A stretch of DNA of 58,745 nucleotides, filler included, from Sphacelaria rigidula (lineage: Eukaryota), in assembly GCA_964200075.2 (NCBI GenBank). It is 9 parts of 9 records of this genome, joined end to end, with 100 filler letters (N's around TTAATTAATTAA, not from the genome) between each part and the next. Parts side by side here need not be neighbours in the genome. Positions count along the whole stretch, not along the records: positions 19,618 to 26,055 come from CAXNAA020020058.1; positions 26,156 to 32,593 come from CAXNAA020020059.1; positions 32,694 to 39,131 come from CAXNAA020020060.1; 6 more parts are not named here. The stretch is one strand, 5' to 3'. The translations under genes were made by a program, and so were the position numbers. Of the stretch, positions 24,274 to 37,689 are shown one piece after another. Position 1 is the stretch's first letter. Each line of letters begins with the position of its first letter. The notes under the pieces are model-generated. The model saw only the letters and a program-made list of their open reading frames with translations, made no database searches and had not been told where the DNA came from.

Positions 24274-25982
24274 GTGTGATGCTCAGCGGGCAAGTGAACA
24301 GCACGCACATAGTTCACCTGAACACAGCTACATACATTGAGAACATTCTCAGCGGGCAGGGTTCACTTGTAACCTTGTTTGGTTTTGAAAACGTCGATCC
24401 TGAGGTGTTTTGAACTACGATGCGGTCCTCGAAGCACGCGGCCCTCTCCCGCATTACACTTGCAACATTGAACCTTGCACTACTCTACTGTCTGTGCTTG
24501 CAGAGTACAGCCATTTCTTGGACATGCGGTAGTACAAGGTCTCAAGTATACCCTGCCCGCTGAGCATGTTCTCTAGGCGTGTAGCTGTGTTCATGTGAAC
24601 TTTGCGCGGACTGTTCACCTGCCCTGTCCGAGTACAGATTGTACTCTGCGAGCACAGGCGAAACAGTGGTGCAATGTTGCAAGTGTAATGCGTGAGAGGA
24701 CGGCGCGCATGAAGAACCGCATCGTAGTTCTCAACACCTCAGGATCGACGTTTTTCAAAACCAATCGGGCCAGTCCCTTCAGGAACCACGCTCCTCGCCC
24801 TAACCCCACAACACTAACACTAACCCTAACCAAAGGCAGAGTTCAACGCCACATGTAAATGCACGTATATGGCAGGGGATGCAGATGCTGAGGATATGCC
24901 TACTGACTACGACCTGCACTACGGTACACGTGAAGGCTTTACTACTGGTGTGGTTGCGAACGTCCGAAACGAGCCTCAGATTGAAAAAACGCGGATTTTC
25001 GAATTAAAAAAACGACGCGTGATTTGGTCATGACAGAAGGTGGGGGTGGATTCTTATTTCCACCGCTGGAGTTGGATATACTTTTTGCCCACGAAAGCAC
25101 CGCTGAGCGAAGAAAAAAAGTGTTGCTTAAGATGTGATCTCGACGACGGACGAAATAAAGAGAGGATCTGTGGGGATTCTAGCTAATGATCTCCACAACC
25201 GGAGTCTTTGTATCACTTGGATTAAAGGGGTGCGGCCGTGTCACACGAACATTGCGACGCAAAGCCCAATTTGAGGTATCTTTGGCCGAAACTTTACCAG
25301 GATTTGGTTGACGCGAGTGCCCGTATGTGTTTGAGGGATGTCGTTGTTTTGATAAGTTTTTAAAGAAGAGGTTCTAGCACTTTCCCTGTTTTTGCTGAAA
25401 CTTGAACTTGCTCTAACTTTCCGTTTGTTTGTTCTGTACCCCCAAAAGGGGTGCGCTGGTTGTTGATGGTAGAGATGCCGTGTAAGAAGTTCATCGCTCA
25501 ACTCTCCGAATTACCAATAGCATCTCCACTTGTTGAAAAAATCACTGTCAGCTCAGCTCGTGTTTGATATTGGTTGATTTGAGTCTCCACTCGGAATAGG
25601 GTATTTTAGTAACTATTTGATTTTTTTTGCGCAGTTTGATGGCATTTGATGATCGTACCGACACTGAAGCAAGTTCAAACAAGATATTAGCTCATTCACA
25701 AATGGACAGTGCACAACAGTGTTTGGATATTGCTCGTGGAGTAAACAACATATTCGTGAGATTCAGAGCGTAATATCGGATTCAGAGTGGATGCTTTAGC
25801 GTTCCTCGCAGGTATTTATTTATTTTTTGCTTGAGCACACGTCCTGTGCATGCAGCTACCGTGTCGTACCCTATTCGAGGAATCCGGCGTTCTGGTTGGC
25901 GAGATACCGCACAAAGCATTTTTACGCCTGGGGAGGCATTTCGGAACTGAAACTGTTTCAGGCACTTGTGGGTTTTCCTGAA

Positions 25983-26055
25983 AACAGCCAATCATCTATG
26001 TTGAGGATGGTGCTTTTCATTGAGGATGAGAACCCGGAGGATTAAAATCCTCGTA
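25983..26055 (+). mobile_element. Terminus of a young high-copy element (also 26156-26368 reverse, 39072-39131)
   Basis: aacagccaatcatctatgttgaggatggtgctttt(c/g)attgaggatgagaacccggaggat is near-identical at three independent contig ends, and homology stops at the same point in each. Confidence 0.8.
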
Positions 26056-26476
26056 NNNNNNNNNNNNNNNNNNNNNNNNNNNNNNNNNNNNNNNNNNNNT
26101 TAATTAATTAANNNNNNNNNNNNNNNNNNNNNNNNNNNNNNNNNNNNNNNNNNNNCTGCTACATGTCCTAAAAATTTGGATGTCAATAACCGAAATGTTG
26201 GGGTCCTACGGGAAAATCCAATTTCAGGGTATTTCGGCGATCCGATCCACCAGTAGGTAAAGAAATGGAACCATATTTCGAAGATTTAGTGTGGATACGA
26301 AGATTTTAATCCTCCGGGTTCTCATCCTCAATGAAAAGCACCATCCTCAACATAGATGATCGGCTGTTCCTAGCGAGCTCCCACCCGAAGGTTCAAGGCA
26401 CAAGTACCAAACCTGGGCCGGCAAACGACCTGGAAAATATTTTTCCGATTGTCGCCCGGCCCGGTTTCTAAATCGC

Positions 26477-26743
26477 CCCGTCTTACCTCAATTTTGCGAG
26501 ATAGACTTCGAAATTTGGTACGGAGGAAGAATAGGGCATACTGAAACGCTGTCGTGCCGGACGCGAAGTTTTTCTTGTTTTTTTTCGTGAGTTAGCGGTG
26601 TTTTCCTGATATCTGGATACTGATAATCGCCCTCAACTCACGAAAAAATACAAATGCGTCCCGAACGACAACGTTCTAGCATGCCCTATTCTTCCTCCCT
26701 ACAAAATTTCCAAGTCTAACTCTCAAACTTGAGGTGAGACGGG
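26477..26743. mobile_element. Foldback MITE (~270 bp)
   Basis: cccgtcttacctcaa..ggaggaagaatagggcat pairs with atgccctattcttcctcc..ttgaggtgagacggg. Confidence 0.7.
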
Positions 26744-27891
26744 ATCTGCAAACCACAAATTCGCGTGTTGGCCGGCCTAGCCTGTATTATGTCTTGTTTT
26801 AATCGTATCGTGTCTCTCGTGTTGATTTTTCTGGCAGGTATTTTGGTTTTTTTCCTTGATTTCCTTCATCCTCATTGTGGGTGGTTAGCCTGTGACCACG
26901 GAGGGCGTTCGCATCATATGCCCAGTACGGATGGTAGAAGGTACTGCGCAGAGATCAGAACGGATTTTAATGTAAAGAAGAGAACAACAATAATAGAGAG
27001 TTTCGAAAAACGTTTTCTTGTCCCGTGTTATTTCAGACTGCAAATATCTCTGGATCAGAGCGCAGAAAAGAAAAAACACCTCCCCGAAAAAGAGTTGAGG
27101 GGAAATCACATTTGACGGAGGGGGGGTGGGCGGGGGGGGTCCTCGATTCCACGAAAAAATGGGCTGGTAGAGGTTCTCCGTGGCATGCTTTCACATTTTA
27201 CAGAAGCTCTTTTTCGGATGAAATAGAGGGCCTCCAACATTTCCAACCTCAGACGGTCTTCGTGCACTCTACCGTAGTACCACACTCCGAATCGAGAACC
27301 GACGTCAGTAGTCACCCCAGCGCATTTATCCGTTGGTTGCCCCAGAGAGATGTAGATTACGAAGTCCTATCATTAATCCAAAGGAGTACCCTACGGCGGA
27401 GAACGCCAGTGAATCCATCGCTGGTCACGACAAAAAAGGAGAAGACAACGACAATACGAGGGGAGTGGAACGAAAAAAACATTAAATAATTATCGTTTTC
27501 GGAACGGGTCCGAAATCGATTTGGGGTATATGGCCGGTGATCAATTTTAGGCAGGAAGCTTGAAGACGTGTTTTGTTTATTTCGTTGAAAGCTTGCGAAC
27601 AGAAGAGGCAGAGACGACTCTGTTCCAACGGCGATTGGGAATAGCGGCGGTGCCAAACCAAAAGAGAGAGACAGTGACTGCATCTCTGTATCCTACACTA
27701 GAGGCCTCTGTGTGCTGTCATCGGTCAGCAGTGATTGGGGCGTGTAGCACAAGGGGGGGTTACACTCGCGAAACGGTTCCAAGCGTGGGAGGTCCCAGCT
27801 GCTTGGTGTGCTCGGCTTCCGTCATTTTGATTTGAATATAGGTTTTGCCTCTTCAAACCGATCACGTTTCAGAAGGACTATCGCGGCATCG

Positions 27892-27956
27892 GTCGAGATT
27901 CGAACCCCCACCCGTGGCATCATGCGGATACCATGCGTATCTCTGAGCCACACTTG
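27892..27956 (-). mobile_element. tRNA-derived SINE head
   Basis: The minus strand carries A-box-like tggctcaga and B-box ggttcgaatc, but no complete cloverleaf. Confidence 0.55.
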
Positions 27957-28842
27957 GTAGCAGAGGCGGGGTGCCGCTCTCGGGGTTAATATTTGCATTA
28001 CGGGTTTTGTAGTTCACGGTATGTGTGGCACGGTACGCGGGGTCTGCGGTACACACGGTACGGCACCAGGGAACCGCGGTACAGTATCCCACGGTAGGTA
28101 GTAGAATAAGGATTTGCGATACGGTGGTACGGTATGATGTTTGATTTCTCTAAATATATGCGGGACTGCGGATGAGTTTCTCATATTACCGCAATGAAGC
28201 GCGGGAGAAGTATCGCGGGGAATTTTCCGAGGAAAGCCCTGACAATAACGTTGAACTAAGGCCGTGCGTCGTACCGGTCTCAAAAATTGACGGCGGAGAG
28301 CAAAGCACGCGTCCAAAAGTGGCATGTTGATTGATCATCCAGCCGCGTGATGCCGCCGGGACCAATCAACATGCTGCTTTTGGACTTTAGCTCCGCTCTC
28401 CGCTGGGTTTTCACTCGGTCCGCAAAGATGGGCCGCAGCTGTTTCGTTTGAACCGCTCGCGATACGAGCATACATTATCCAACGAACACCACACGACACA
28501 ACACACCTTCCGCCCCGCCAAGGACCCCAAGTTACGCACACCACTGCCCACTGTATGTAGACGTGTACACCGTACAATATCGCATTTTCACTTCTTTTTT
28601 TTCCCTTACAAACTCGTCAAGCTGACACACCCACACACAAGGAAAAGTGGAACGGGGGAGACAGACAGACAGACACAGGCCGTAAAAAAACAGCACGCAT
28701 GCACTCATCACCTCTTGTGACACCCTTCAACCGAACGCCAGGGTGGATCATCTACTCCTTACAGTACTTCAAGTGAAAATGATGCTCAGTCAACAGATCA
28801 CCCCCCCCCCCGTCCCCCCTCTTCCATGACACTCCGGTGTTT

Positions 28843-29028
28843 CTACTCTTCTTGCCGATCCGGCACATTGAACGTCTTTACGGCACCGTCCGATCCTCCG
28901 CTGATGATTCTGCCGCCTAGCCAACCGCAACACAGTGCCTTGCCCTTGTGCGCCTGCGCGCTGTGCAACGGTAACGTTGCACGGATGTCCCACAGCTTCA
29001 CCGCGCCGTCCTGCGCGCAGCTGATCAC
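28843..29028 (-). CDS. WDR12: Terminal exon of ribosome biogenesis WD40 protein WDR12/Ytm1
   Basis: Acceptor caccag|GTG. VISCAQDGAVKLWDIRATLPLHSAQAHKGKALCCGWLGGRIISGGSDGAVKTF* matches the last two WD repeats of WDR12 (KLWDxR..PL....AH..K.L...W.....SGGxD). GC-rich codons. Confidence 0.8.
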   Translation of the reverse strand: MISCAQDGAVKLWDIRATLPLHSAQAHKGKALCCGWLGGRIISGGSDGAVKTFNVPDRQEE

Positions 29029-29331
29029 CTGGTGCATCAAGAGGTCGGGGAGGGGGGACAGTTGCACGGTCAGAACGAATCATCATGACTACGAATCACC
29101 AAATCCACGATTTCTCCGGCCTGATTGCCCAAAAGGGAGAGAAAAGTTGACCGCTGGTACAAGGGGTATCCACGCAACCTTTGCGCCATTCCACTTGTCT
29201 GGGCTGCGTGTACCTGGGTTGCCACGCTGAAAACAAAGCCTAGGGATTGAGTCGTACGATTCGAGTCAGTTATACTAAAACCAAGTAATTTCCAGACGAA
29301 CCATTACTTGTCCGACCCTTGAAAAGTTGAA

Positions 29332-31062
29332 CACTCTGGACAATGGACACAAAAATAGTTCATTGCTTCAGCAATTGAAACGGGAGAAAACCTATCGATA
29401 CATCTTATCGAACACGAACACATCCACTGATGTGTATATGGATGTGTTCACCAAGGGACAACAGATGTTGCAATAGTCGATCGATAGACTATGACAAATA
29501 CAATAGATAAAGATCACTCGCCATCGATGGAAATCGTATACCGCAATAGACCCCGGGATGTATATATCGATAGTCATTGCCCTAATCAAAACGATTGGTG
29601 GGTCATCCATCGACAGTAATTTCCGTAATCAATAGATTAGGTGAGCCATCAATCGATAGTCATTGCCGTCATCAATGGATTTGGTAAGCCGTCTATCAGT
29701 AGCCTCTGCCACCAACAATTCATTTTGGGTATATATCGATATGGTCATTGCCGCTAATAATCGATTGTTCTCGGGAGCACCTATCGATAGCCAGTGACGC
29801 CAACGATAGGTTTCGATAAATATTTTGCTCACTGCAGTGGTCTCATGACATGAACGGCAGTACCCCTCGAACATCAACACAAAACTACCTGAGGCGATAG
29901 CTGGTCATAGCTTCTGTGGAATAACGTGGAAACATCCACCGAAAAGTGTGCATACATCGCTATAATAGTGACCGACGCCATTCAGCTACTTTTGTGGTCA
30001 GCAATAGATATTGGTGTCTTCGATTCAGATTGCATCGTGACCAGCGATATACATTGGTGGCCGCGATTCAGATGATTTTGTGACCTTCAATAGACATTGG
30101 TGGACACAATCTAGATCCTATTGTGGCCAACAATACGTATTGGTGGCCGCGTGGTAGATCCTCTTGTGATTAGCAATGGACATTGGTGGCCGCAATTAAG
30201 CGCCTACTGCAACGAATAAAATGTATCGACGGACGACTTGGCCCCTCCACTGTCAGGGCAATGATACATTCTGTCCCTTGTCTCGAATCTCATATTGCCT
30301 AGAATCGCTATCGAGAGACATTGATGCCAGTCGATTATGACTGACAATGAACATTGATGGTCAAACTTTTGGGGCTATTGCAGCGACAAATGTTCCATTA
30401 CATAGTCCATTGTCCAGGGTACAAGCACATCTCGCCCACACACTCAAGGACTGTAAGCACTCATGTTCATCAGAGGGACGACCAAAAGTACCAACACAAC
30501 ACCAGCAACATAACTCATAAACTTTTGTTCACACATGTTGCGGATTCCTACAAAATACAAGCGTTCCAAAGTTGTAGGAACGTGACGTCATATATTCACA
30601 AGTAGTAGCATTGTATACCCACTGCATGTTTAACTGCGACTTCTCTACCGTACTTTAACGGAGAATGATATGCTGTGCACGTAGTATGTTGCGATGTAGG
30701 AGTGGCAATAGACGACAGAGAATATCTATGAGTGGGCGTTGCATACCACTGCGACTTCTCTACCGTACTTTAAAGGAGTATAATGTGCTCTGCACGAAGT
30801 ATGTTGCGATGTATGTGTGGCAATAGACGACAGAGAATATCCATAGGTGGGCGTTGCATACCACAGTAGATTCTGGTTTGTATCTATCGATATTCATTTG
30901 CCGCCATGCATAGATTTTGTACGCAATTCATCAATAGCGATTGCCATCAATAGATTCGGTATACAATCTGTCAATAGTAATTGTCATCATCAGATTTGGC
31001 ACGCGGTCTATCGATAGCCATTGCCGTCATCAGCAGATTTGAAAAACTATCCATCGATACAT
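29332..31062 (+). mobile_element. Non-autonomous DNA-transposon-like repeat rich in ATCGAT/CAATAG motifs (WDR12 intron)
   Basis: Starts cactctggacaatggacac and is collinear with the reverse complement of 52308-53907. Contains an internal ~41-bp tandem array (30000-30210) and a 116-bp duplication (30633-30863). Confidence 0.75.
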
Positions 31063-31066
31063 TTGG

Positions 31067-31393
31067 TCTCACAGAACTATCTACAGAACTCACAGAACTG
31101 TCGGATAAGGGTATGGGAGGCGTACAAAACTCACAGAAACTCCCGTGCAGGGAATGGAAGCTGCACAGAAAATCGTGCCCGCAACCGGGTGTCTTATCAA
31201 GAGCATACCCGTGCTCCCGGTAACGGTACGGGAGGCTTACAGAACTCACAGGACTACCGGGTCAGGGTATGAAAGTCTTCCAGAGATTACAGAACTGTCG
31301 GGTACTGGTATGAAAGTATCGGGTATGGTAAATTGGTAAATTGGAAAGTACCCCGGGTATACAGAAAACCGTACGCTACAGAACACAACCTTG
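31067..31393 (-). mobile_element. Partial hAT-like MITE (CAAGGTTGTGTTCTGTAG family)
   Basis: Ends ...ctacagaacacaaccttg and has multiple acagaact motifs. Same family as 39659-40284, 55087-55694 and 56294-56833. Confidence 0.75.
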
Positions 31394-32949
31394 CAACTTC
31401 GTTTTTTCTAACATCACAATCGCACGTAAGAAATAAATGGTAACGATATTTCTTCTTCTTGTTTTTTCACACTCGACCGCAAAACTCGGACGGGAACATC
31501 TCTTCGAGAGACCGTGTATCTCAAACGATATCATTTGCGCCGTATGTATATTATTTATATATATTTCCTTCATCCCAAAAGTCTGGGTGGTTATGGGGTG
31601 CAGGTCGTATCTCCCGAACGGAGGCGCTTACGATGCTAAAGTTAGGATCGGTGGAGAGATAAAAGTACGGATATGCATTGTCATAGAACGAGCAAAATAA
31701 GATAAAAATGAAATGTATGGTTCACACGATTTCGGGTTAGAGCTGGACCAATTTTGGCCCCTTCAAACCCGGTTTTTAGCCAAATTCGACTGATTTATGC
31801 GATTTTCGTGCCGGACAGAAGTGGTAACGCGACGAAAGTGGTTTAGGACGAGATGTCGCTAGCCTCTAGACAAAAAGCAAGCTAAAACGAAGAGGGAGTG
31901 GCGGGTTGTTTGTTTTTCGTCATTTATGACCGGGGGGGGGGGGGGGGTTACCTCCGGAGAAGGGGTGGATTACGATCATTTTCGGGCTGACTGATTCCTT
32001 AGCGACCGTTCAGCCGCATGGGTCAAACGCTATTATGACTGTCAAAAGTATATGTTGGTTTTAACTTGAAGAAAAACGTCTACGAATGCAACCTAAAATA
32101 AAAATTGAATCGGACACGGTTATGGGCCCGTTCAAACATACCTACCCAGACTTAAGGACAGGAGGAAGTACATGAAAACGTCTGTCAGTACGTTCGTATT
32201 GGCGAACCGGGAACAGGCTGAGAGGATCGAGCGCTGTGCATGGGTGTCCAGCGGAGAAGTACGCGAGGAGTTGATGGTACGATGAAAAAGAAACAGCACC
32301 AGGGCTTCCCACGTGGTCCCTGTTTTCACCGAGATTCCACGGCGTGGCTACATGATACGCGATACCGCACAAGAAGGTGAATCACCGGTTTACATGAGTT
32401 CACGGATGTCCTCGACATACCCTTCGAACGGAACAAAAACAAAAGATAGTGACGTCGGGCGTTACTCATTTGTTGCTTGACTTGGTCGTTTGACCATTGA
32501 CCACGCATCCCTTTCGAGACGGAGACAGGAGGGGGGGGGGGGGGGGGGGGGGGGGAGGGGCGGGGGGTGGGGAAAGGGGGGGGGTGGGGGGGGNNNNNNN
32601 NNNNNNNNNNNNNNNNNNNNNNNNNNNNNNNNNNNNNTTAATTAATTAANNNNNNNNNNNNNNNNNNNNNNNNNNNNNNNNNNNNNNNNNNNNAGTACAC
32701 CCCCACCCCCCCCCATCATCCGCGCAGTCCTTCCTGTTCGCAGCCTGTGATGAAAGAGTTCTGAGTTAAGTGGGCGTTTTCATCTCATGTTCATATTATC
32801 TTGGGGCATCACACAAACGACGCGGTGTATTGGGATCAGTGATTGTGGCCGGTCTGTTCGTTGTGCGCTCAGTCTCTGCAGCGCGGTACAGCGTGATTTA
32901 CCACAGTACATTGGTAGTGCAAGGAGTGGTCGGTACCGGAACACAGGAC

Positions 32950-33305
32950 GGTTGTGCATCGCTTGATTTTACATACTCTAGTCAGGTACTGCCCACAGAC
33001 TCGAGCCCAGTAATACAATCTCCACAGATCCACCATTCGCGACGCTGCTTTGGCGAACGTGCGACAAGCGGTCTTCAGTCTGTTGCTGCCCATCGGGCTA
33101 CCTGATCAGCGGCCTCAACCAAGAATGGTACAGCTTCCGACGGACTACCACGCTCGGGCGCCTCAATCTCCATTGGCCAGAGTCTTTCGGGTGGGCGTGA
33201 AGGGCGGTATATCCGCCACTTGCTGGATAGTAACTGAGAGGAGTACGACATTCGCCGGATATCACCACCCCAAAATCATCGATTTACAACTCTCGGGGTC
33301 TTGGT
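32950..33305 (-). pseudogene. Possible degraded protein kinase remnant (subdomains VII-IX)
   Basis: PREL*IDDFGVV (cf. LKIxDFG). After a frameshift: QVADIPPFTPTRKTLANGD*GARAW*SVG (cf. GTP.Y.APE...Y...ADWWSxG). Multiple stops. Confidence 0.35.
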
Positions 33306-36300
33306 GTGTTGAAAATAATGTGCAGGCACGCTGCAAAGATGGGTAGACTCTCCGGGGGGAGTGTTTGTACGAGATGGCTGCTTCGAACAGTGGGCGGGCT
33401 GACAGGCATCACACCTGCGTGTGTCTACTCTCTCCACTGTGCAGTGCATTACGGTGCAGCGTGAGATTACGTGTGCTGTTGTACTGTCTGTTGAGGTTGG
33501 ATATCGTATCGAAGGTTTCGATATAAAATGTCGAATGTTTCGAGGTTTACAGTAGTATCGAAATATCGTTACCGTTGTCATATCGAAAACAGTTCGGTGA
33601 CACGAAAACGATGATGACGATAAGTTCGATACGATACGATACGATAAATGCCGTCTTTTCACCTGATTGGTGAGGAATAGCTGTTGAGGTGTGCTTGTTG
33701 GTCTCTTACCCATTTTGCTTCTAGTTTTGGTGTTTTTCGCCCCTGACTTCGGGCAAGCATATGCTCTCACGAGATTTTTCTGCTCGTTGGTGATGCTACC
33801 TTGGTGTAAAAATTTCCACACCTCTGCTCGTAAATATGTGCCAATTGTGCCTCTTCTATACAGTACTATTTCTCGACTTTTCGTTTCATGTGTTTTCTTT
33901 CGCGCACTCGTTCTTCTTCATGATGTCTCCGGGCTTACCTAGTGCGTGTTAAAAAGAGTATCTTCCAAGTTATACGCCAATATGATGGGCACAATAATCG
34001 ATTATTACAATAGGGAGGTGCCCGGGGTGCTTTCACGCCCTCTTCTGATCGTCGCGTTGACCTGCTCAAAACCGAAGTACACGGGTTGTTTTAGAACGAG
34101 CGTTGGGAACGTTCACAAGCGAGCATCGAAATACTTGCGGTGGGGAATGCTAGCGCATTCCCCGGTCGTCATGTATGACCTCGCTTACTTGACATTAAAA
34201 AAAATGTGTGAAATCCAGTGGTTATTCCGATTTTTTAAAATTTCAACCTGCCTTCATTCCTTGGTAAAAAAGTCACCCCAATTTTTCGGGATCCCCTATT
34301 AGCGCGGAATTTGGCGAATTGCGGGCGATTTTCCTCACAAGGATAAACGAGGCCACAATTTCCGGCGGGACAGCGCGTGTGCATTTTTTTTCACATTATT
34401 TCGATGCTCACGAAGGTTTCCGAGGTTCATCCATCAGACAAATCCACCCGAAACATCTCGTGTTTATTCTCCGGACTGTGCTGGAATTGCTGCGAGTATT
34501 TTTGGTTATGCTTTTTCTTTCGATCCTCTTCTTGGCCGTGCTTGTTTCTTGTTGTCATGGTGGAAATTACTCTTATTTCTACGGGCAGAACGGTAAGACC
34601 TCAGCCCTGTTGGGACCGGGCCTCCAGAACGACCAATGAGGCTGGTTGGGAATGACGTGTCTGGCGTCTGCACGAAACAGACAGTGGCGTGCGAAAATCC
34701 GCGTATGTAACCGCATGGTTATGGCGCCGACCGAAAGTTTTATTCATTCTATTTTCGGGTGCAGGGTGCGCATTATTTCACGTACGAGCTGGGCCAGCTC
34801 AAAAGCTGCTTCGCGTTGCTCACGCCACAGCTTCCCCAGTTTCCCGAATAAACCCGATGTAAGCATATCACTATGAAGTGCAGACCAACCTGGTAACACA
34901 CGGCACCGCCGCTGGACGAAAAAAAGAAGAACAAAACCGTACTGCATAATATATTACCTCAGCGACGGGCAAAAAAAGAGAATCTGTCGGGAGTCGAACT
35001 CATGACCTCCCTAATTAGAGTCGCTCATTATTTGAATGATAAGGGGGGCAGCAGCGTCACGCAAAATATTGCACGCACGGCCCAATTCGACGACTCTTGA
35101 GCTGAAATTTCAGCTAGACCTTCTGCACCCAAGAAAATGATACATCATGTGAGCAGCTGCGGATTCTCATTTTCCCCCTGAACTCATGGCACCATCATGT
35201 TTTTGCTAATTTCGAATCTTCGTAACTTCCTTATTATTTTTTTTTCTTTGCTTCTCACGTGATCTTCTGCATTTCGATCATAAAAAGCTGCTGCTGTCGA
35301 ATTTTCAGCGTACAACTCCAAATGTCATGCCGTGCGTCGCCTGAACAGATTCACACTTACTCTTGACTGGCCCAGCTCGGAGTGTACATCTGAAATAGCA
35401 AGCAGTATGGGTCGCGGTTGAGAGCTTCGAACAGGATGCTGCGAACGGCGGGCCGCCCGCCACTTGTGGCTATGGATGACATTATTTTCCCCATCACCTT
35501 GCCATGCAGCCTTTTTGGTCGGGGTGGGCCGCCATTTCCCTATTTGTTGCATGCGGCACATTCTCTTCGAATGGTATCAGCCTTGCGGCGCGCATGCACA
35601 CAACAGTATAGTACAGTACACTGTAGCACGCCTGCCCGATCGCCGTCGCAGCTGCAGCAGCATATTCACGCACACATTTTGGGCAGTTTTCAGCTACCGA
35701 GATCAACTGCCTGTATACAGCTTCTTCATCCCCATCCACTAGAGTACGCCCCCCCCCCATCCACTATATACTTGTTCAAAGCACACCTCAAGTCACCGAC
35801 AGTGGTATAAGCAGAAGTCATGACGGTAGCTCCTTTCATCTTTTCACAGCCCACCTGGTTTTAGTACCTCGTGAAAATGACCACATTGTAGCATGTACAC
35901 TCCTTCCCGTTTTTTTCCGCACCACCCTGTATTAGTGTAATTGCCACGTTTCAGTGTAGAATCGTCACCCAAAAAAAACTCCGGAAAAACTCGGGAACGC
36001 GATACTCGTACTGAGTGCAAGTAATACCATAAAACCGAGTTTTGACCTCACTGTACTTGGAAATCTGGGAAGGCTTATCTGGGCCAGGAATAGGCCCCCC
36101 ACACGATCTTTACAGTGGCATCACACTCGCCAACAATACCCGAGCTGGTTCTTCGGGTCTGGTCAATGATTTTCGCCTCGCCGTGATTGGGCAGGTCGCT
36201 CGAAGACTCATCTTTTGTTATTTCACAACACATGGTCAACCCTGTGTTGGTGGGGGGCCAGTCCTAGGAGTTAATAGCGATTGTTGCGTTTGACAAACCC

Positions 36301-36991
36301 GGACACGTGATTCTCGTGGGCTGGAAGACCTCGATTTCAGTACAGATGGGCCAATTTTAGTGGTTAAACCTTGGTCAAACAGGCCATTCTTTTCGCCTCC
36401 CGTGGCACCTCACGCGGCCCCCCCTCGCCAACCGGGGGGGGGGGAAGGTCAAGGGCTCGCACATTGAGCGGGCGAGCGTAGCCAGCCAAGTCCGCTCGTG
36501 TGCGCGAACCCGCTCGCTGTGCTAGCGCTTCGGCTTCGTCATAACTTACTGATATTTATAGACATCCGACGCTGAAAATATCGAAGTGATGGGTGGTTCG
36601 ATATCCTCACTTCATTCTGTGAAGACGTGAGTCCTGGAAACAACAACGTGGATCTTGAAATGTAGTACAGTACTTGTACTTGTAGGGGAATGAGATCGGC
36701 CGCCCCTCAATCTGCATTTGTGGTACCCCATTACCAGCAGCTACACATCAACCCCACATCTGCAGAAACTCCGACGGGCCCAATGATGTGCAAGCTTGCA
36801 ATGGCATGGGCACATGATGATACACGGCAGGATGCGTTACGTACGGGTAGTGCGATATTTGCCGGTAACGCGCGAATACATTAGAGCAAGTCAGGCTATC
36901 GCCAAGACAGAAGCGGGTACTCACCTGAACACTTCATCGAACAGAGCAATAAAAAAAATCATGATTCAAATGCGTCCGGTAGAATGCTTAC

Positions 36992-37321
36992 CTGCTGCAC
37001 TTCGACAACCTCTTTAGGTCGCCTGGTCCCCGCAGCACTGGCTTCCAACTCCTTTAGCTCCTCCCTTAATGCCTTAGCTCTGGCTTGCAACTCTTCCGCC
37101 TTAGGAGTACCGACGCTTATCCTCTCTTCACTAGCAGCACTTGGGGGTGTCGACATCACGGGTGTTATCCTATGTGCACGGCTAGGTGCCTCTAGTCGTA
37201 GAGCGCGTGCGGTATCCATGTATCGTTGCTGTCGTACTCCCACGGCAAACGCGGTGACCCCACCTTTGTCTTGCATGAGACATACCACCAGGCAAGCAGT
37301 GCGCATGTTAATGAGATGCAT
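36992..37321 (-). CDS. First exon of a probable plastid-targeted protein
   Basis: Hydrophobic N-terminus, then VTA|FAV (ASAFAP-like), an R/S/T-rich transit segment and a coiled-coil AEELQARAKALREELKELE. Strong donor CAG|GTAAGC, phase 0. Confidence 0.7.
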
Positions 37322-37689
37322 TGCTGAGGCGGGCTGTGCAGCGGTGTGGTATGGTAGTAGAGCGGAGTGTTGGAAGCGGCACCAACTGAGAGGCCGATCG
37401 AAGTTGAGAGCACAGTCAGGATCAACGTTGACGTGTGCGCAGAGATTCTGAACTGCCTCACAAAATCTAGGATATTTTGGTTTCTGGAAAACGACTAAAT
37501 CTTCCAGCTACATGAGCACGCGACTGTCAGCACAGAAAGCACTATGGTCAGTACCACACTTTCAGCAGTGCACAACAGTGTGTCGGCTCGATACATGCAG
37601 CTCAGGGAGCTGCTGACGCATAGTTGAGTGATCTGTTGCACCGTCAGTGCTCAGCTGACTTGTTCGTGTACTCTCTGCGGCTGGAGGGA

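Noticed and set aside
25983..26368. Apparent hairpin or TIR pair spanning the gap
   Set aside because: The arms are on different contigs joined artificially.
32132..32372. Upstream WDR12 exon
   Set aside because: No frame resembles a WD40 repeat despite a donor-like GTAGGT.
34970..35030. tRNA genes here and at 27892-27956, 40880-40965, 45360-45427 and 55040-55075
   Set aside because: Only A/B-box-like motifs without a full cloverleaf; these are SINE heads or decayed pseudo-tRNAs.
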